Shown: positions 39,072 to 51,680, numbered from the whole stretch's first letter. The stretch: 63,215 nucleotides of DNA, filler included, from Phoronis australis (GCA_002633005.1; 5 parts of 5 records of this genome joined end to end with filler, not necessarily neighbours in it); one strand, 5' to 3'. The notes: generated by a model not told the origin, from the sequence alone. Translations and numbers: made by a program.

Positions 39072-40478
39072 GTAAGAGTTTCCATCCCAAAATGAGTTCA
39101 TGTATCAAAGAATGTTCCTGTTCGGGTTTGTCGTTAATGTAAAGTTATCAGAAATTGTCGAAATCGTCATCGCTTTGTGGGTACAACCCATTAAAAGAGC
39201 ATATGACGACCCAATAAAGAGGCCAGACAATGTTGTGCTTAATGTCCATACGTTTAATTTTCGTTACAAATGAAATTTAACGCCATGCCACTTGCTATTT
39301 CTTTTACGGAAAATCATCTTTCAATCTCTTAACAATCGTCAGATTTTTGGTATTCCGCCTTCCACGTGTTTTGCCAGTGACTTGATTATAGCTAGTCATT
39401 GGCTTGTGTATTAAAAACTGGCAAAAGTCTGTAATACAGGTACATGTATATGTGTGTTACGCAGTGGAGAAAAGTTTGTATGTAAACATATGGTCAAATA
39501 CTTTGTCGTATCACTGGATAATGTTTTAAGTAAAGACGCTGTCTTTGAAAATCCCATTTCTAAAGTTGACAGTCGTCTCAAACTTTATACAGAATTTGGG
39601 CAAACTTGACAAGTGGTTAGACTAATTAGTTATTTTTTGCTAACGTCATGTTTGAAGGTCATTTCAATTAATCGGCAGTTGCTGGTAATTTTGGGGGCCG
39701 TGCCAGGGAAACTAATTTAGCTAAGACAACTCTTAAATTTAAGTCAATTTTACGATCAAACTTAAATTTGTCTCAAGTCCGTTTCAAGAAAAATATCCTA
39801 CATGTAAATTTTGATTTAAGTTTTGTCTTAATTTTGACTAACTTAATGGATGTGGAAGTTCCAAACTTTAGAAAAATCTTAGACTTATATCAAAAATGAA
39901 CTTAAATACGTTTCTTGTAACTTTTCTCAGCTTTCAACAGACATGCACTCTCAGAAGCTTAAGCTCGCTCGTAATCTCTCGTGTAAATTCCCTTGAACCG
40001 ACGATTTTTTCAATGCATCGACGTTAACCCATTGGATCACTTACAAGCTGATATTGCCGGGGATCTTGTTAAAAACCGTTTCAGATTTTAGTCAAGTAGC
40101 AAGTGCTTACCTAAATTCAACCTTTAGCTAGGTTCTCTTTGCAAGGTCGCTGAATTTTATGGAGAGTTTCCAAACTACATGCACTTATTTTGAGAAACAT
40201 TACAACATAATCGATCAGCGAAACAAAACTTCTGTTTTTCACAAGTTTTGTGTGGTTGTCATCTTTAATTTTACAAAATGGCTTCTTGAGATTTTCTGTC
40301 AAATATCAGGCTGTAAACAACAAATAGCTTTTGTTTTAGAGCCTAAACACACGTTTTCAGATCTATGATATCCATTGATTTAAAAACAAAAAGGTAGACA
40401 CAATCATCAACATAAAAGGCTATGTTCTACAGCTTTATTAAATGTTATGCAAGTGATCAGACATTTTAATTTTATCAA

Positions 40479-41862
40479 AGGAGAAGGCAACCTTTTTATG
40501 TCATTTTTAATAAATATACGGTTCTTTGACTACCCAATACGTATCTTGCAGTTAACGGCTTCGCGTAATTTTATTAATTAGTCGTGCCTTACACCGGAAG
40601 TGACGTTTAGGGGGTTAAGAATTTCTCGCCATTTTGTTTTCATATGATCTGACTATGTGAGCTGTTGAGGCAGTCATTGTTTTACCTGGATTATGATAAG
40701 TTCAGTTGTCGTTTGTGTTTGTTTACGGTTCAGTCAACACATCGCACGGTTGCTGCTTACCGGGATGTACTCGTTATCGTCTCACGCGCACATTGGTATG
40801 CCATTACATCGCTTTCCGAAAGATAACACATTCCGCCGTATTTGGCTCGTTCGTGTAAAGAACGCAGCAATAACCGTCCACGCAACGTACAAAGCAGTGT
40901 AGAATTATCGAATGTGTGGCATGCATTTTGGCCGTCAGATTACGAAAGAGGTACGTACGTGGAATTGATGAAAGTTTTTCAAAGCAACACTGTTGATTCC
41001 CGGCAGTGCCCCGTCGCCACCCCCGTGAAGTGCATTTTTGAAGCGAGCTGTGGCCTCTATAATGAGTGGAGCCCCTTCATCTAATGTCACCCGTACCTAT
41101 AAACGTACCCCAGATCGTGCAATTCCGGGAGCCAGCAGTAATTTGCCATGTGCTGGTGTTGTCTCCAGCCCAGAACCTGTAAGCGGCCCTGCAGAGATGT
41201 CGAATAGTGGGAGTGAATACAGGCCCAGTTCTACACCCAGTGTGGAGGACAGTTTGTCGTCCATTGAACAGGCCGGTGAGCCAAACTTTGATAAGTTTAT
41301 TGCGGACTTGACCAATGTAATGGAGCTATATAAAATGTGCCAGGTTTGTGGCGAGGGAGTCTCACGGCGGGATGTACAGGCGGTTTGGGTGCTCAAGTCA
41401 CCATCCGCACGTCGAGCATTTGGACCAAGACGTCGCACCACGTGTGTCCTCAGTCTCTGCCTCATACCTCTCAACAGATGTCTGTGCGTATTCAGCCTGT
41501 AACTAAACTCGGGCTCAAACATTGTATCCACACACTGACTGTTCGTGAAAAAAATCTTCGTCACCACGTCACTGTGTCCTTGATAGGGGTTGCCATTTTC
41601 AAGCTACTACAAACTAAACGATCCCTAAATCCAACGTAAATGAATTCTTTAACAACCTAGCTTGTCATAGAATACTCGACGATGGGAAGTGGTGACGGCA
41701 AAGTTAGAAAACCAGGACGGAAACAACACTGAAACAGATCCTCACAGTATTAACACCGAACGCAGATACAAAATGGCGGGAAATTTTTAACCTCTGGACT
41801 ATGTAATGACATTACGGGAAGCCGCAATTAACTGAAACAAATGTCTGGGATAACGAAGAACC
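40479..41862. mobile_element. Kolobok-like DNA transposon derivative
   Basis: Left end AGGAGAAGGCAACC is shared with 33510. 41812-41862 is an imperfect inverted copy of about 40519-40569. A minus-strand relic at about 41395-41530 reads MFEPEFS / ...EDTRGATSWSKCSTC. Confidence 0.6.
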
Positions 41863-42046
41863 NCGTCTATAATAATGTATGAACGAGAAAGAATTTGATC
41901 ATAATATGTGAGCCCTCGTGGAAAGCGCGGTAATATTGACGTTTTTGTTCGTTAAAATCATAACTTACGTAAGATGCAGTAGCTGTTTATTGTTTTGTAT
42001 CCATGGTGCGTGACACTTAATAAAAATCTCATCGCTTGTGTTCCAA

Positions 42047-42193
42047 TCAACGGGAGTTGGTCAGACTGGTCGTCTTAGGGTAATTGTTTAGTCACGTGTG
42101 ACGTTGGCTGAACTACTCGTCAGCGAATGTGCAACAACCCCGTGCCAGATTTTGGAGGCCTCAACTGTCTAGGTATTCAGCAAAACTATCCGG
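42047..42193 (+). pseudogene. TSR exon B0, dead
   Basis: Acceptor reads CCAA, with in-frame TAG and TGA and a 27-nt deletion relative to the 174-nt B exons. Confidence 0.85.
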
Positions 42194-42523
42194 GTACGAA
42201 ATATTTTGCAGTGATTTTTTCAAAGAAACTGATACTCAATATCTTTTTACAATTCGTTCTGGTTGCTTTTAAAGCATGCAGAAAGTCACTATTCGGTAAT
42301 TAAATAATAAAACAAATAGTAGTAGGTTATCAATAACCCACATCCAGATGTAATGTTACATGTACTTATATTTTTGGCTAAAACACCGTGTTGTCTACTT
42401 GTCTTTACCATTGAAGTAAAATGTCAAAATACCTCACACATCAAACTTGCTGTTTAAAGTCTTTCTTGAAAATTAATGCCTGCATGTTTACGCATTTTTG
42501 CAATTCGCTAATCAATCTTTCAG

Positions 42524-42697
42524 TAAATGGTTACTGGTCGTCTTGGGCATTTTTGACTCCATGTGACGTCACCTGTGGCAACGGATCCCATGTCAGAAAA
42601 AGGGCTTGTGATGACCCGGCACCGATGTTTGGCGGTTTCAACTGTTCGGGTGATTCCGCCGAGGTTTTGAGCTGCTCTAATGGAATCAATTGTCCCG
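42524..42697 (+). CDS. TSR exon A2, intact
   Basis: 174 nt, AG/GT. VNGYWSSWAFLTPCDVTCGNGSHVRKRACDDPAPMFGGFNCSGDSAEVLSCSNGINCP. Confidence 0.88.
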
Positions 42698-44148
42698 GTA
42701 GGTTTCTCATCACAAAAATCAGATCTTGTTTCAAAGAGTGTTTCTTTCTGCGTTTGGGTATTTTTTCTACACTTCTCCTTAATCTCGTCATAAGGGTTGA
42801 GGATAAGAAACTGGTCAAAACCGAGGCAATATAATTGTTGGTTCCAAGCAGCGACCAAATCAAGTCCGTATTCTAAATGTGCTAGACGGCGTGGTGCAAA
42901 ATTGTATGTAAACCTCTAGTCAAAAGTCGTGGTATTATTATTATTTTTTATGTTTCAGTCAGACAGCAAACTGGTGGAAATTTTATTTAGCATCACGAAT
43001 ACAACATAAACTGTGTCCCAGAGCACCTCGGAAATGGCCACTCAAATACAAAAAATGGGCAAAATTTACCGATTTTTGCATTACAATGAAGCTTTAAGAA
43101 AACTCTTTTGAAAATGTGAAGACCGTTCTCTGATAGCGATGTTCAATTTCTGCATTAAAATCATCAATATTTTTTATATTTTCCGTTCTTGTAAACCGTT
43201 TTGAAACTAAATATTTACTTATACTATTGGAACCCTTTGAACCAGAATTGACCGAATTTGTTTTAACTTATACAATAATAGCCCAAAAATTGAATTAAAC
43301 AGTTTGAACTTGTCCGACCAGGATGCGTGTGACTCGCCTCAGTGAAACAAAAAGTCCGACTAAACGAGACAAAAGTCCGTAAAATCCCACGGGAAGTCGG
43401 CGCGGATGCTCAATGCGTGGACCTTAACCTAGTGGCCCCGTTTTTTTAGCCCTCGTTGATTTCTTTCATTAAGCACACCATGTGCGTTAGGCTGGGTGTG
43501 CGCATGTACGGAATGTTTAGTCTGATGGAATAAGTCAAGTCACCTGATCAACCTGGACACACATGTGGCAGCGGCTTGAATATAAGTTCAGTATTTCTGC
43601 ATGCTTCGTCTTTTAGAAGCCATGTAGAGATATTGTAAAAAGTAACAAAATCCTATACGCGCTAAAAGGATTAGAGCGGTGAACGCTGCGCACTTAACTA
43701 TCACTTTCCTTAAAATCGTTGTAAACTACGTTTCAGGCGCATGTGTCCAAAGCAACGACATAGCGCTGTTACCGATAGTTTGAAATTGTTTACAATAGGC
43801 CACTAGCTTACATACTGCCTCGGAAACTGAAATAGGGCGTGTCAAGCAAATAAGTGAGTTCGATCTGAAGCAATAATGACATGACACTTTCTCCCCAATG
43901 CTACAAATCATTTCTAATCGGAGTTAGGCACAAATGATGTAAGTGACCTCAATTAGAGGTGTTGTGACAATTTATTTCTCATATAAGTACTGTTATATTT
44001 ACGATTCTTTAGATTTCTTTAACTTCAGACAATTCAATTGAAGTTACGACAACAGCATGTGTTCGGTTTAAACGTGAGTGTGTAAACGGGCATGATAGGG
44101 ACGGGAAAGTGTCGCGGGACCTCATGTTAAACACCACTTTTGTTCCAG

Positions 44149-44322
44149 TCCATGGGAATTGGTCAAGCTGGTCCTTGTGGGGTGCTTGCTCAGTTACCTG
44201 TGAGGTTGGCGTAACTACACGAGAACGAGAGTGCAACAATCCCGAGCCAGCTTTTGGAGGTCTCGCGTGTCGAGGAGAAATTGCAGAAAATCGCACATGT
44301 AGTACTCAACGAAAGTGTCCGG
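44149..44322 (+). CDS. TSR exon B1, intact
   Basis: 174 nt, CCAG/GTACGA. VHGNWSSWSLWGACSVTCEVGVTTRERECNNPEPAFGGLACRGEIAENRTCSTQRKCP. Confidence 0.8.
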
Positions 44323-45554
44323 GTACGAAAACATATGTAGTCTGCTGTGATACCCAATGTCTTTTCGCAATCGACACTGATTTCTTTTAAAGAACACAGA
44401 AATCCATAATTCACTAAAGAAAACAAAAATCGTACCAGTCGATACGCTGTCAAACTAGGAGAACCACAAGCAGTATTTAACCTTATGTTAATTACCTGAT
44501 CTCGAGTTAGGAGCATTTATTGATCCATACCCTGTGCATAATGTTTAAAATCGGAAAAAAAAAACAATATCAACACGAGTCATACCCTATTGTGTTAAGT
44601 GTTCAAAGTCGTCAGTTATTGGGACGAGTTTTCCCGTAGTTTATGGCATTGCAACAAGTTTGTGGTGGTTGTGACAACGCAGTATTTGACCACGCAGTCG
44701 CACTTTTTACTTTCCCACGGGTATGACATAAATTTGTACATATCCCGTGTTGCTGGATATTGCACACTGACGCTAAGTACGTTCATACGGCACACTCAGG
44801 TCTGTGGAGATAAGAAATTTTCAATAAATGTCCCTATCTTCTATTTCCTAGTATTTGAGAAAATGAATTCACGATTGTGGCATGCAGTTCTTTAAATGAA
44901 GATTTAATGATGTTGACAATTCAGTCACTTGTCAAAACTGGGTAAATGTTGGTTTTAATCGCTTGAATGTCTTTGTTGGAAATTAATGCTTAAAAAGATA
45001 CCAAACGCGGTTTGTGCATAGTAAGCTGCAGTGTATATTGAAATCGACTGTTACATAGAGGTCTCTGAAACCTAATAATGCTTTGTAACTCTCGAGAACC
45101 CCCAAAAGTTTAGAGAAAATATCTGCTAATCGGAAATCGTGACCAACGCTTTAGGCGAGTTACACGGTAACTGTGGTGAAAGACCGCCCACCATGAACCA
45201 CATTATCCAATAGGGAGAAAGGTTTTTTGTTCATTCATGCTTTAATCGGTCAGCTGAGACGTCAATGGTGCATTACAAGATAACAGAATGGGGATTTGTT
45301 CAAAACTCAAAAAACATGATTTGGTATCATTTCATCATTTCTGACTATGGCGGGAGCATTTTATAAAACGTTGGTATTGAGGATAGGACCCACACGGCCT
45401 CAACTTTGTGTCCTACTTTGGAGGACCTATCAGCTTCCAATTTTAATGGCACTGTGTGGCCGAGATGATCAATCACATATCACCGATGACATTATTTTTC
45501 CGCCAATGACACGTTGCGTGCTCCTTAAATTATCCCTGCTATGAATGTTTACAG

Positions 45555-45728
45555 TAAACGGTCATTGGTCGTCTTGGGTATATTCAACTCCATGTGACGT
45601 CACTTGTGGCAACGGATCTCGCGTCAGACAAAGAGCTTGTGACGACCCGGCGCCGATTTTTGGCGGTTCCAACTGTTCGGGTGATTCCGTCGAGATCGTG
45701 AGCTGCTCTGACAGAATCGGCTGTCCCG
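45555..45728 (+). CDS. TSR exon A3, intact
   Basis: 174 nt, AG/GT. VNGHWSSWVYSTPCDVTCGNGSRVRQRAC...SCSDRIGCP. Confidence 0.87.
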
Positions 45729-46004
45729 GTAGGACATGTTATTCGCAAAAATCAATCAGTTCTTATGTCATTCAGTGTTCCAGTCTCCATAGTGTCCTTG
45801 TTGTAATTTTATCTTGATCTCGATGGGAGACAGTCATCACCAGGCTAACACAAGCTCGAGGATAAGAAGCTAATAAAACCGAGACAATTTAGGTTTGTTA
45901 AAAACTGGACAATTCCAGTCCATTAAAAAGAAGTCGGTAACTGCTTGCCGTTCAGTTTCCGTGTAGATTGATTATTATTTCAAATATTGTTGCTTTTCTC
46001 CCAG

Positions 46005-46177
46005 TCAATGGGATTTGGTCGAACTGGTTGACGTGGGAAGCTTGCTCAGTCACGTGTGGCGTTAGCGTAATTACACGACAACAAGAGTGCAACAGCCCCG
46101 TGCCAGCTTTTGGAGGCCTCTCGTTTCACGGAAAAGTTTACAAAATCGCATATGCAGTTGACAACAAAATTGCCTGA
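46005..46177 (+). pseudogene. TSR exon B2, dead
   Basis: 173 nt: a 1-nt deletion in an A run shifts the frame to a TGA, and one Cys is replaced by Phe. Confidence 0.82.
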
Positions 46178-46411
46178 GTACGAAAACGTTTCCTGACTTT
46201 GTTTCAAAGAAACTGATACTCAATATCTTTTCATAATGGACCTGATTTCCTTTCAAGAAAGCAAAAAGATGCGACTCGTTAATAACATGAGTAGTGGTAT
46301 CAATATCCTACACCTCACACTTCCTGATTAAATTTGTTTGTTGGGTATTAATGGTTAACATATCTTATTTAATATTTTCTGTGCACTAATGAATCTTAGC
46401 TCTTCTTTCAG

Positions 46412-46585
46412 TTAACGGTCAGTGGTCATCCTGGTTATATTCTTCCCCATGCGACGTCACTTGTGGCAACGGAAGCCGCGTCAGACAAAGATCTTGTGAC
46501 GACCCGGCGCCGATGTTTGGCGGTTCCAACTGTTCGGGCGATTCCGTCGGGGTAGTGAGCTGCTCCGCCAGAGTCGGCTGTCCCG
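46412..46585 (+). CDS. TSR exon A4, intact
   Basis: 174 nt, TTTCAG/GTAAGA, open frame with six Cys. Confidence 0.87.
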
Positions 46586-46860
46586 GTAAGACATGTTATT
46601 CGCAAAAATCAATCAGTTCTTATGTCATTCAGAGTTCCAGTCTCCATAGTGTCATTGTTGGAATGTTATCTTGATCTTGGTAGGAAACAGTCATCAACAG
46701 GCTAACACAAGCTCGAGGATAAAAAACTCGTCAAAACCGAGACAATTTTGACTTGTTAGAAACTGTTCAATCCAGTCCAATAAAAGGAAGCCGTAACTGC
46801 TTGCCGTTCAGTTTCCGTGTACATTGATTATTATTGCAAATATTGTTGCTTTTGTCCCAT

Positions 46861-47033
46861 TCACTGGGATTTGATCGAACTGGTTGACGTGGAAAGCTTG
46901 CTCAGTCACGTGAAGCGTTAACGTAATTACACGACAACGAAAGTGCGACAGTCCCGTGCCAGCTTTTGGAGGCCTCTCGTCTCACGGAAAAGTTTACGAA
47001 ATCGCATATGCAGTTTACAACAAAATTGCCTGA
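46861..47033 (+). pseudogene. TSR exon B3, dead
   Basis: Acceptor reads CCAT, TGG changed to TGA, TGT changed to TGA, and the same 1-nt deletion as B2. Confidence 0.87.
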
Positions 47034-47277
47034 GTACGAAAACGTTTCCTGTTTCGGGTGACTTTGTTTCAAAGAAACTGATACTCAATATCTTTTCATA
47101 ATGGACCCTGATTTCCTTTCAAGAAAGCAAAAAGATGCGACTCGTTAATAACATGAGTAGTGGTATCAATATCCTACACCTCACACTTCCTGATTAAAGT
47201 TGTTTGTTGGGTATTAATGGTTAACATATCTTATTTAATATTTTCTGTGCACTAATGAATCTTAGCTCTTCTTTCAG

Positions 47278-47451
47278 TTAACGGTAAGTGGTCATCCTGG
47301 TTATATTCTTCCCCATGCGACGTCACTTGTGGCAACGGAAGCCGCCTCAGACAAAGATCTTGTGACGACCCGGCGCCGATGTTTGGCGGTTCCAACTGTT
47401 CGGGTGATTCCGTCGAGGCAGTGAGCTGCTCCGCCAGAATCGACTGTCCCG
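47278..47451 (+). CDS. TSR exon A5, intact
   Basis: 174 nt, TTTCAG/GTAGGA, open frame with six Cys. Confidence 0.87.
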
Positions 47452-47534
47452 GTAGGACATGTTATTCGCAAAAATGAATCAGTTCTAATGTCATTCAGAG
47501 CTCCAGTCTCCATAGTGTCATTGTTGTAATTTTA

Positions 47535-48818
47535 TTGGGGACAAATATAACAACGAGAATAATGAATATTTTAAGTTGTATTGGGAATTTCAGGGTCACA
47601 GCTATAAAAATAAATATTTCACAGAAAGAACCAGATGGGTTCCTTAATTACAAGAGATAACACACACATTTCCAATACACAAAGTACAATTGAGTATCGG
47701 GTGCTAAGTGGCACAGGTTAGCATAGTACCAAACGGGTACATAATACCAAATGGGTATTGGCCGATTGCCTACCAACTGGGTCGAGCAAAACGGCAAATT
47801 CATTAACAAGTACCAAGTGGGTACAAACTTCCAAATGGGCAAATATCATATAAAGTGCCAAGTGGATACACCAAACAGCCAACTGGGCTATAACAACCTG
47901 CAAAGCAGGGTTGCGGACAAGCTGACTGAGCAGACCAGCCGGAGTGATAAAAAGAGATATTGTAAGGAAAGTGATGTTGTGGCTCAGTATGTAAATTGGG
48001 TGTGGTATGGTGTCAGTAGAGGTGCCGGTATGGTACAGCAACCACAACTCCGGCTCTATCGTAAACCAGGGTGTGGCTGGGTTTCGAGCTCTGCGGGAGC
48101 GGTACTGCTCATTGTGAGGTATCCAAACTATCCTCGTGGGCTGTGCCCCAAGTCAAACCGCGTGCCTGCACTCTGGAAGGGGGGATGAGCTTCAATGATT
48201 ATGGAGGCAAATCCTGAAATGGCATCGGTCCCTTTCTCATTGCTTCCGACTACCTTTTTCCCCTCAACCCCTGCCACTCCTCTAGCAGGGTCACGGGCCT
48301 CCACGCGGGTTGTGGCGGTGGACAGGATTGCTCATCCATGAACAACCCTGCCCATGTGGCACATACTGAGCCACAACACCAAGTTCCTTATAATATCTCT
48401 TTTTATCACTCCGGCTGGTCTGCTCACTCAGCTTGTCCGGAACCCTGCTTTGCAGTTTGTTATAGCCCAGTTGGCTGTTTGGTGTACCCACTTGGTACTT
48501 TATATGTTATTTGCCCATTTGGCAGTTTGTACCCATTTGGTACTTGTTATTGAATTTGCCGTTTTGCTCGACCCAGTTGGTAGGCAATCGACCAATACGC
48601 ATTTGGTATTATGTACCCATTTGATACTATGCTAACCTGTGCCACTTAGCACCCGATACTCAATTGTACTTTGTGTATTGGAAATGTGTGTGTTATCTCT
48701 TTTAATTAAGGAACCCATCTGGTTCCTTCTGTGAAATATTTATTTGTAGAGCTGTGACCCTAAAATTCCCAATGCAACTTAAAATATACATTATTCTTGT
48801 CGATTTATTTGTCCCCAA
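47535..48818. mobile_element. Foldback element E1: 458-bp inverted arms around a 368-bp core with a DIRS/Ngaro gag-like relic
   Basis: Arms 47535-47992 and 48361-48818 are inverted copies (TTGGGGACAAATA...TATTTGTCCCCAA), with TA on both sides. Confidence 0.88.
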
Positions 48819-48820
48819 TA

Positions 48821-49206
48821 ACGAGATTTATGGCACTCTGACATAAATCCTATTATTTGGGCAAATAACATTATACAGCCCTTCATGCTTCATATCCAAC
48901 TCCTAGTTAGTTCGTATCAAGTCCGATGGTAGCGCTGTTTGTTCTTTCTCTACAGCTTCCAGTTGGCCCAGCCACAAGCAACTGTACGTTCATTCGTAAG
49001 TTTTCCTAATTAGCCAATCTTATACTTTTACGAGTGAACGTACTGTTGCTTGTGGCTGGGCCAACTGGAAGCTGTAGAGAAAGAACAAACAGCGCTACCA
49101 TCGGACTTGATAGGAACTAACTAGGAGTTGGATATGAATCATGAAGACCTGTATAATGTTATTTGCCCAAATAATAGGATTTATATCAGAGTGCCATAAA
49201 TCTCAT
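48821..49206. mobile_element. Palindromic MITE E2: 179-bp arms, 28-bp loop
   Basis: Arms 48821-48999 and 49028-49206 are inverted (GAGATTTATGGCACTCTGA...TCAGAGTGCCATAAATCTC), with TA on both sides. Confidence 0.88.
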
Positions 49207-49401
49207 TATCTTGATTTCGATAGGAGACAGTCATCACCAGGCTAACACAAACTGGAGGACAAGGAGCTGGTAAAACCGAGACAATTTAGGTTTGTTAAAA
49301 ACTGTACAAATCCAATCCATTAAAAAGAAGTCATTAACTGCTTGCCGTTCACTTTCCATGTAGATTGATAATTATTGCAAATATTGTTGCTTTTGTCCCA
49401 G

Positions 49402-49575
49402 TCAATGGGATTTGGTCGAACTGGTTGACGTGGGAAGCTTGCTCATTCACGTGTGACGTTAGCGTAATTACATGACAACGAGAGTGCAACAGCCCCGTGC
49501 CAGCTTTTGGAGGCCTCTCATTTCACGGAAAAAGTTTACAAAATCGCATATGCAGTTTACAACAAAGACGCCTGA
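49402..49575 (+). pseudogene. TSR exon B4, dead
   Basis: 174 nt but with CGA changed to TGA at 49473-49475, and two Cys lost. Confidence 0.85.
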
Positions 49576-49819
49576 GTACGAAATCGTTTCTTGTTTGGGG
49601 TGACTTTGTTTCAAAGAAACTGATACTTAAAATCTTTTCACAACGGACTCTGATTTCCTTTCAAGAAAGCAAAAAGATGCTACTCGTTAATAAAATGAGC
49701 AGTGGTATCAATATCCTACACCCCAAACTCCTTGATTAAAGCTGTTTTTTGGGTATTAATGGTTAAAAAATCTTAGTTAATATTTTCTGTGCAGTAATAA
49801 ATCTTAGCTCTTCTTTCAG

Positions 49820-49993
49820 TTAACGGTCAGTGGTCATCCTGGGTATATTCTACCCCATGCGGCGTCACTTGTGGCAACGGAAGCCGCGTCAGACAAAGAT
49901 CTTGTGACGACCCGGCGCCGTTGTTTGGCGGTTCCAACTGTTCAGGTGATTCCATCGAAGTAGTGAGCTGCTCCGACAGAGTCGGCTGTCCCG
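49820..49993 (+). CDS. TSR exon A6, intact
   Basis: 174 nt, AG/GT, open frame with six Cys. Confidence 0.87.
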
Positions 49994-50254
49994 GTAGGAT
50001 ATTTGATTTGCAAAAATTCGTTCTTCTGTCAAGCAGTGTTCCAGTTTCCATAGTGTCCTTGTAACGTTATCTTGATCTCGATAGGAGACTCTCATCGCCA
50101 GCCTAACACAGGCTCGATGATAAGAAGCTGCTTAAATCCGAGACAACTTTGGTTTGTTAAAACACCGAGTAAATCGAATCCATTAAAAAGAAGTCGGAAA
50201 CTCCTTGCCGTTCAGCTTCCGTGTAGATTGCAAATCTTGTCGCTTTTGTTCCAG

Positions 50255-50428
50255 TAAATGGGAATTGGTCGAACTGGTCGTTGTGGGGAGCTTGCTCAGT
50301 TACATGTGACGTCGGCGTAACTACACGACAACGAGAGTGCGACAGTCCTTTGCCAGTTTTTGGAGGCCTCCCCTGTCGTGGAAAAAGTTTACAAAATCGC
50401 TCATGCATTGTACAACAAAACTGCTCGA
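50255..50428 (+). CDS. TSR exon B5, open frame but ancestral donor lost (possible in-phase donor after 50452)
   Basis: Six Cys retained. The donor position reads TTGCGA instead of GTACGA, and CAG|GTGATT lies 24 nt downstream. Confidence 0.5.
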
Positions 50429-50671
50429 TTGCGAAAGCGTTTCCTGTTGCAGGTGATTTTGTTTTAAAGAAAATGAAACTCAAACTCTTTTCATAATGGG
50501 CTAGGGTTTCCTTTCAAGAACTCAAAAAGACGCGATTTGTTAATAAAATAAGTAGTGGTATCAATATCCTACACCTTCATACTTCCTCATTTAAGTCTTG
50601 CTGGATATTAATGGTTAACAATCCTTACTAAATGTTTTCTTTTCACTAATAAATCCTAGCTCTTCTTTCAG

Positions 50672-50845
50672 TTAATGGTCAGTGGGCATCTTGGGCATAT
50701 TTTACCCCATGCGACGTTACTTGTGGCAACGGAACTCGCGTCAGAAAAAGAGCTTGTGACGACCCGGCGCCGGTGTTTGGCGGTTCCAACTGTTCCGGTG
50801 ATTCCATCGAGGTAGTGAAATGCTCCAACAGAATCGGCTGTCCCG
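50672..50845 (+). CDS. TSR exon A7, intact
   Basis: 174 nt, AG/GT, open frame with six Cys. Confidence 0.87.
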
Positions 50846-51119
50846 GTAGGATATATTCTTCGCAAAGATTAATTCTTTTGTCAAGAATTGTTCCAGTCTC
50901 CATGGTGTCCTTGTTGTAATTTTATTTTGATCTCGATAGGAGACAGTCATAACCAGGCTAACAAAGGGTCGACGATAAAAGGCTGGTCAAAATTGAGGCA
51001 ATCTGCTTCGTTCATTAAAACATCAAATAAATCAATCCCATTAAAAAGTCGGTAGCTTCATGCCATTTAGTTTCCGTGTAGGTTGTTATCCAAGGCAAAT
51101 CTCCTTGCTTTTGTTCCTG

Positions 51120-51294
51120 TGAACGGGAATTGGTCGAACTGGTCATCGTGGGGGGGCTTGCTCTGTTACGTGTGACGTCGGCCTTTCTACACGACAACGA
51201 GAGTGCAACAGCCCCGTGCCAGCCTTTGGAGGCCTCACATGTCATGGAAAAAAATTACAAAATCACTCATGTAGTTTACAACAAAACTGCCCGA
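51120..51294 (+). pseudogene. TSR exon B6, dead
   Basis: Acceptor reads CCTG, and a G7 run gives a +1 frameshift (175 nt). Confidence 0.8.
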
Positions 51295-51506
51295 GTGCGA
51301 AAACGTTTCCTGTTTCGGGTGATTTTGTTTTAAAGAAACTGATACTCAAATAATATCTTTTCACAATGGACTCGTTAATAAAATGAGTAGTGGCAGCAAT
51401 ATCCTACACCCCATATTTCCTGATTAAAGTCCATGTTGGATATTAATGGTGAACGTGTCTTACTAAATGTTTTATGTTCACTAATAGGTCTTAGCTCTTC
51501 TTTCAG

Positions 51507-51680
51507 TTAACGGTCAATGGTCGCCTTGGGTATATTCTACCCCATGTGACGTCACATGTGGCAACGGAACACGGGTTAGAGAAAGAGTTTGTGGCGATCC
51601 GGCGCCGATGTTTGGCGGTTCCAACTGTTCGGGCGATTCCGCCGAGACGGTGAGCTGCACTAATGGAATCGTATGTCCCG
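51507..51680 (+). CDS. TSR exon A8, intact
   Basis: 174 nt, TTTCAG/GTACGA. VNGQWSPWVYSTPCDVTCGNGTRVRERVCGDPAPMFGGSNCSGDSAETVSCTNGIVCP. Confidence 0.87.

Noticed and set aside
47751-48635. ORFs in the E1 arms (145, 109, 93 and 66 aa)
   Set aside because: They are mirror images produced by the inverted repeat and have no recognisable domain.
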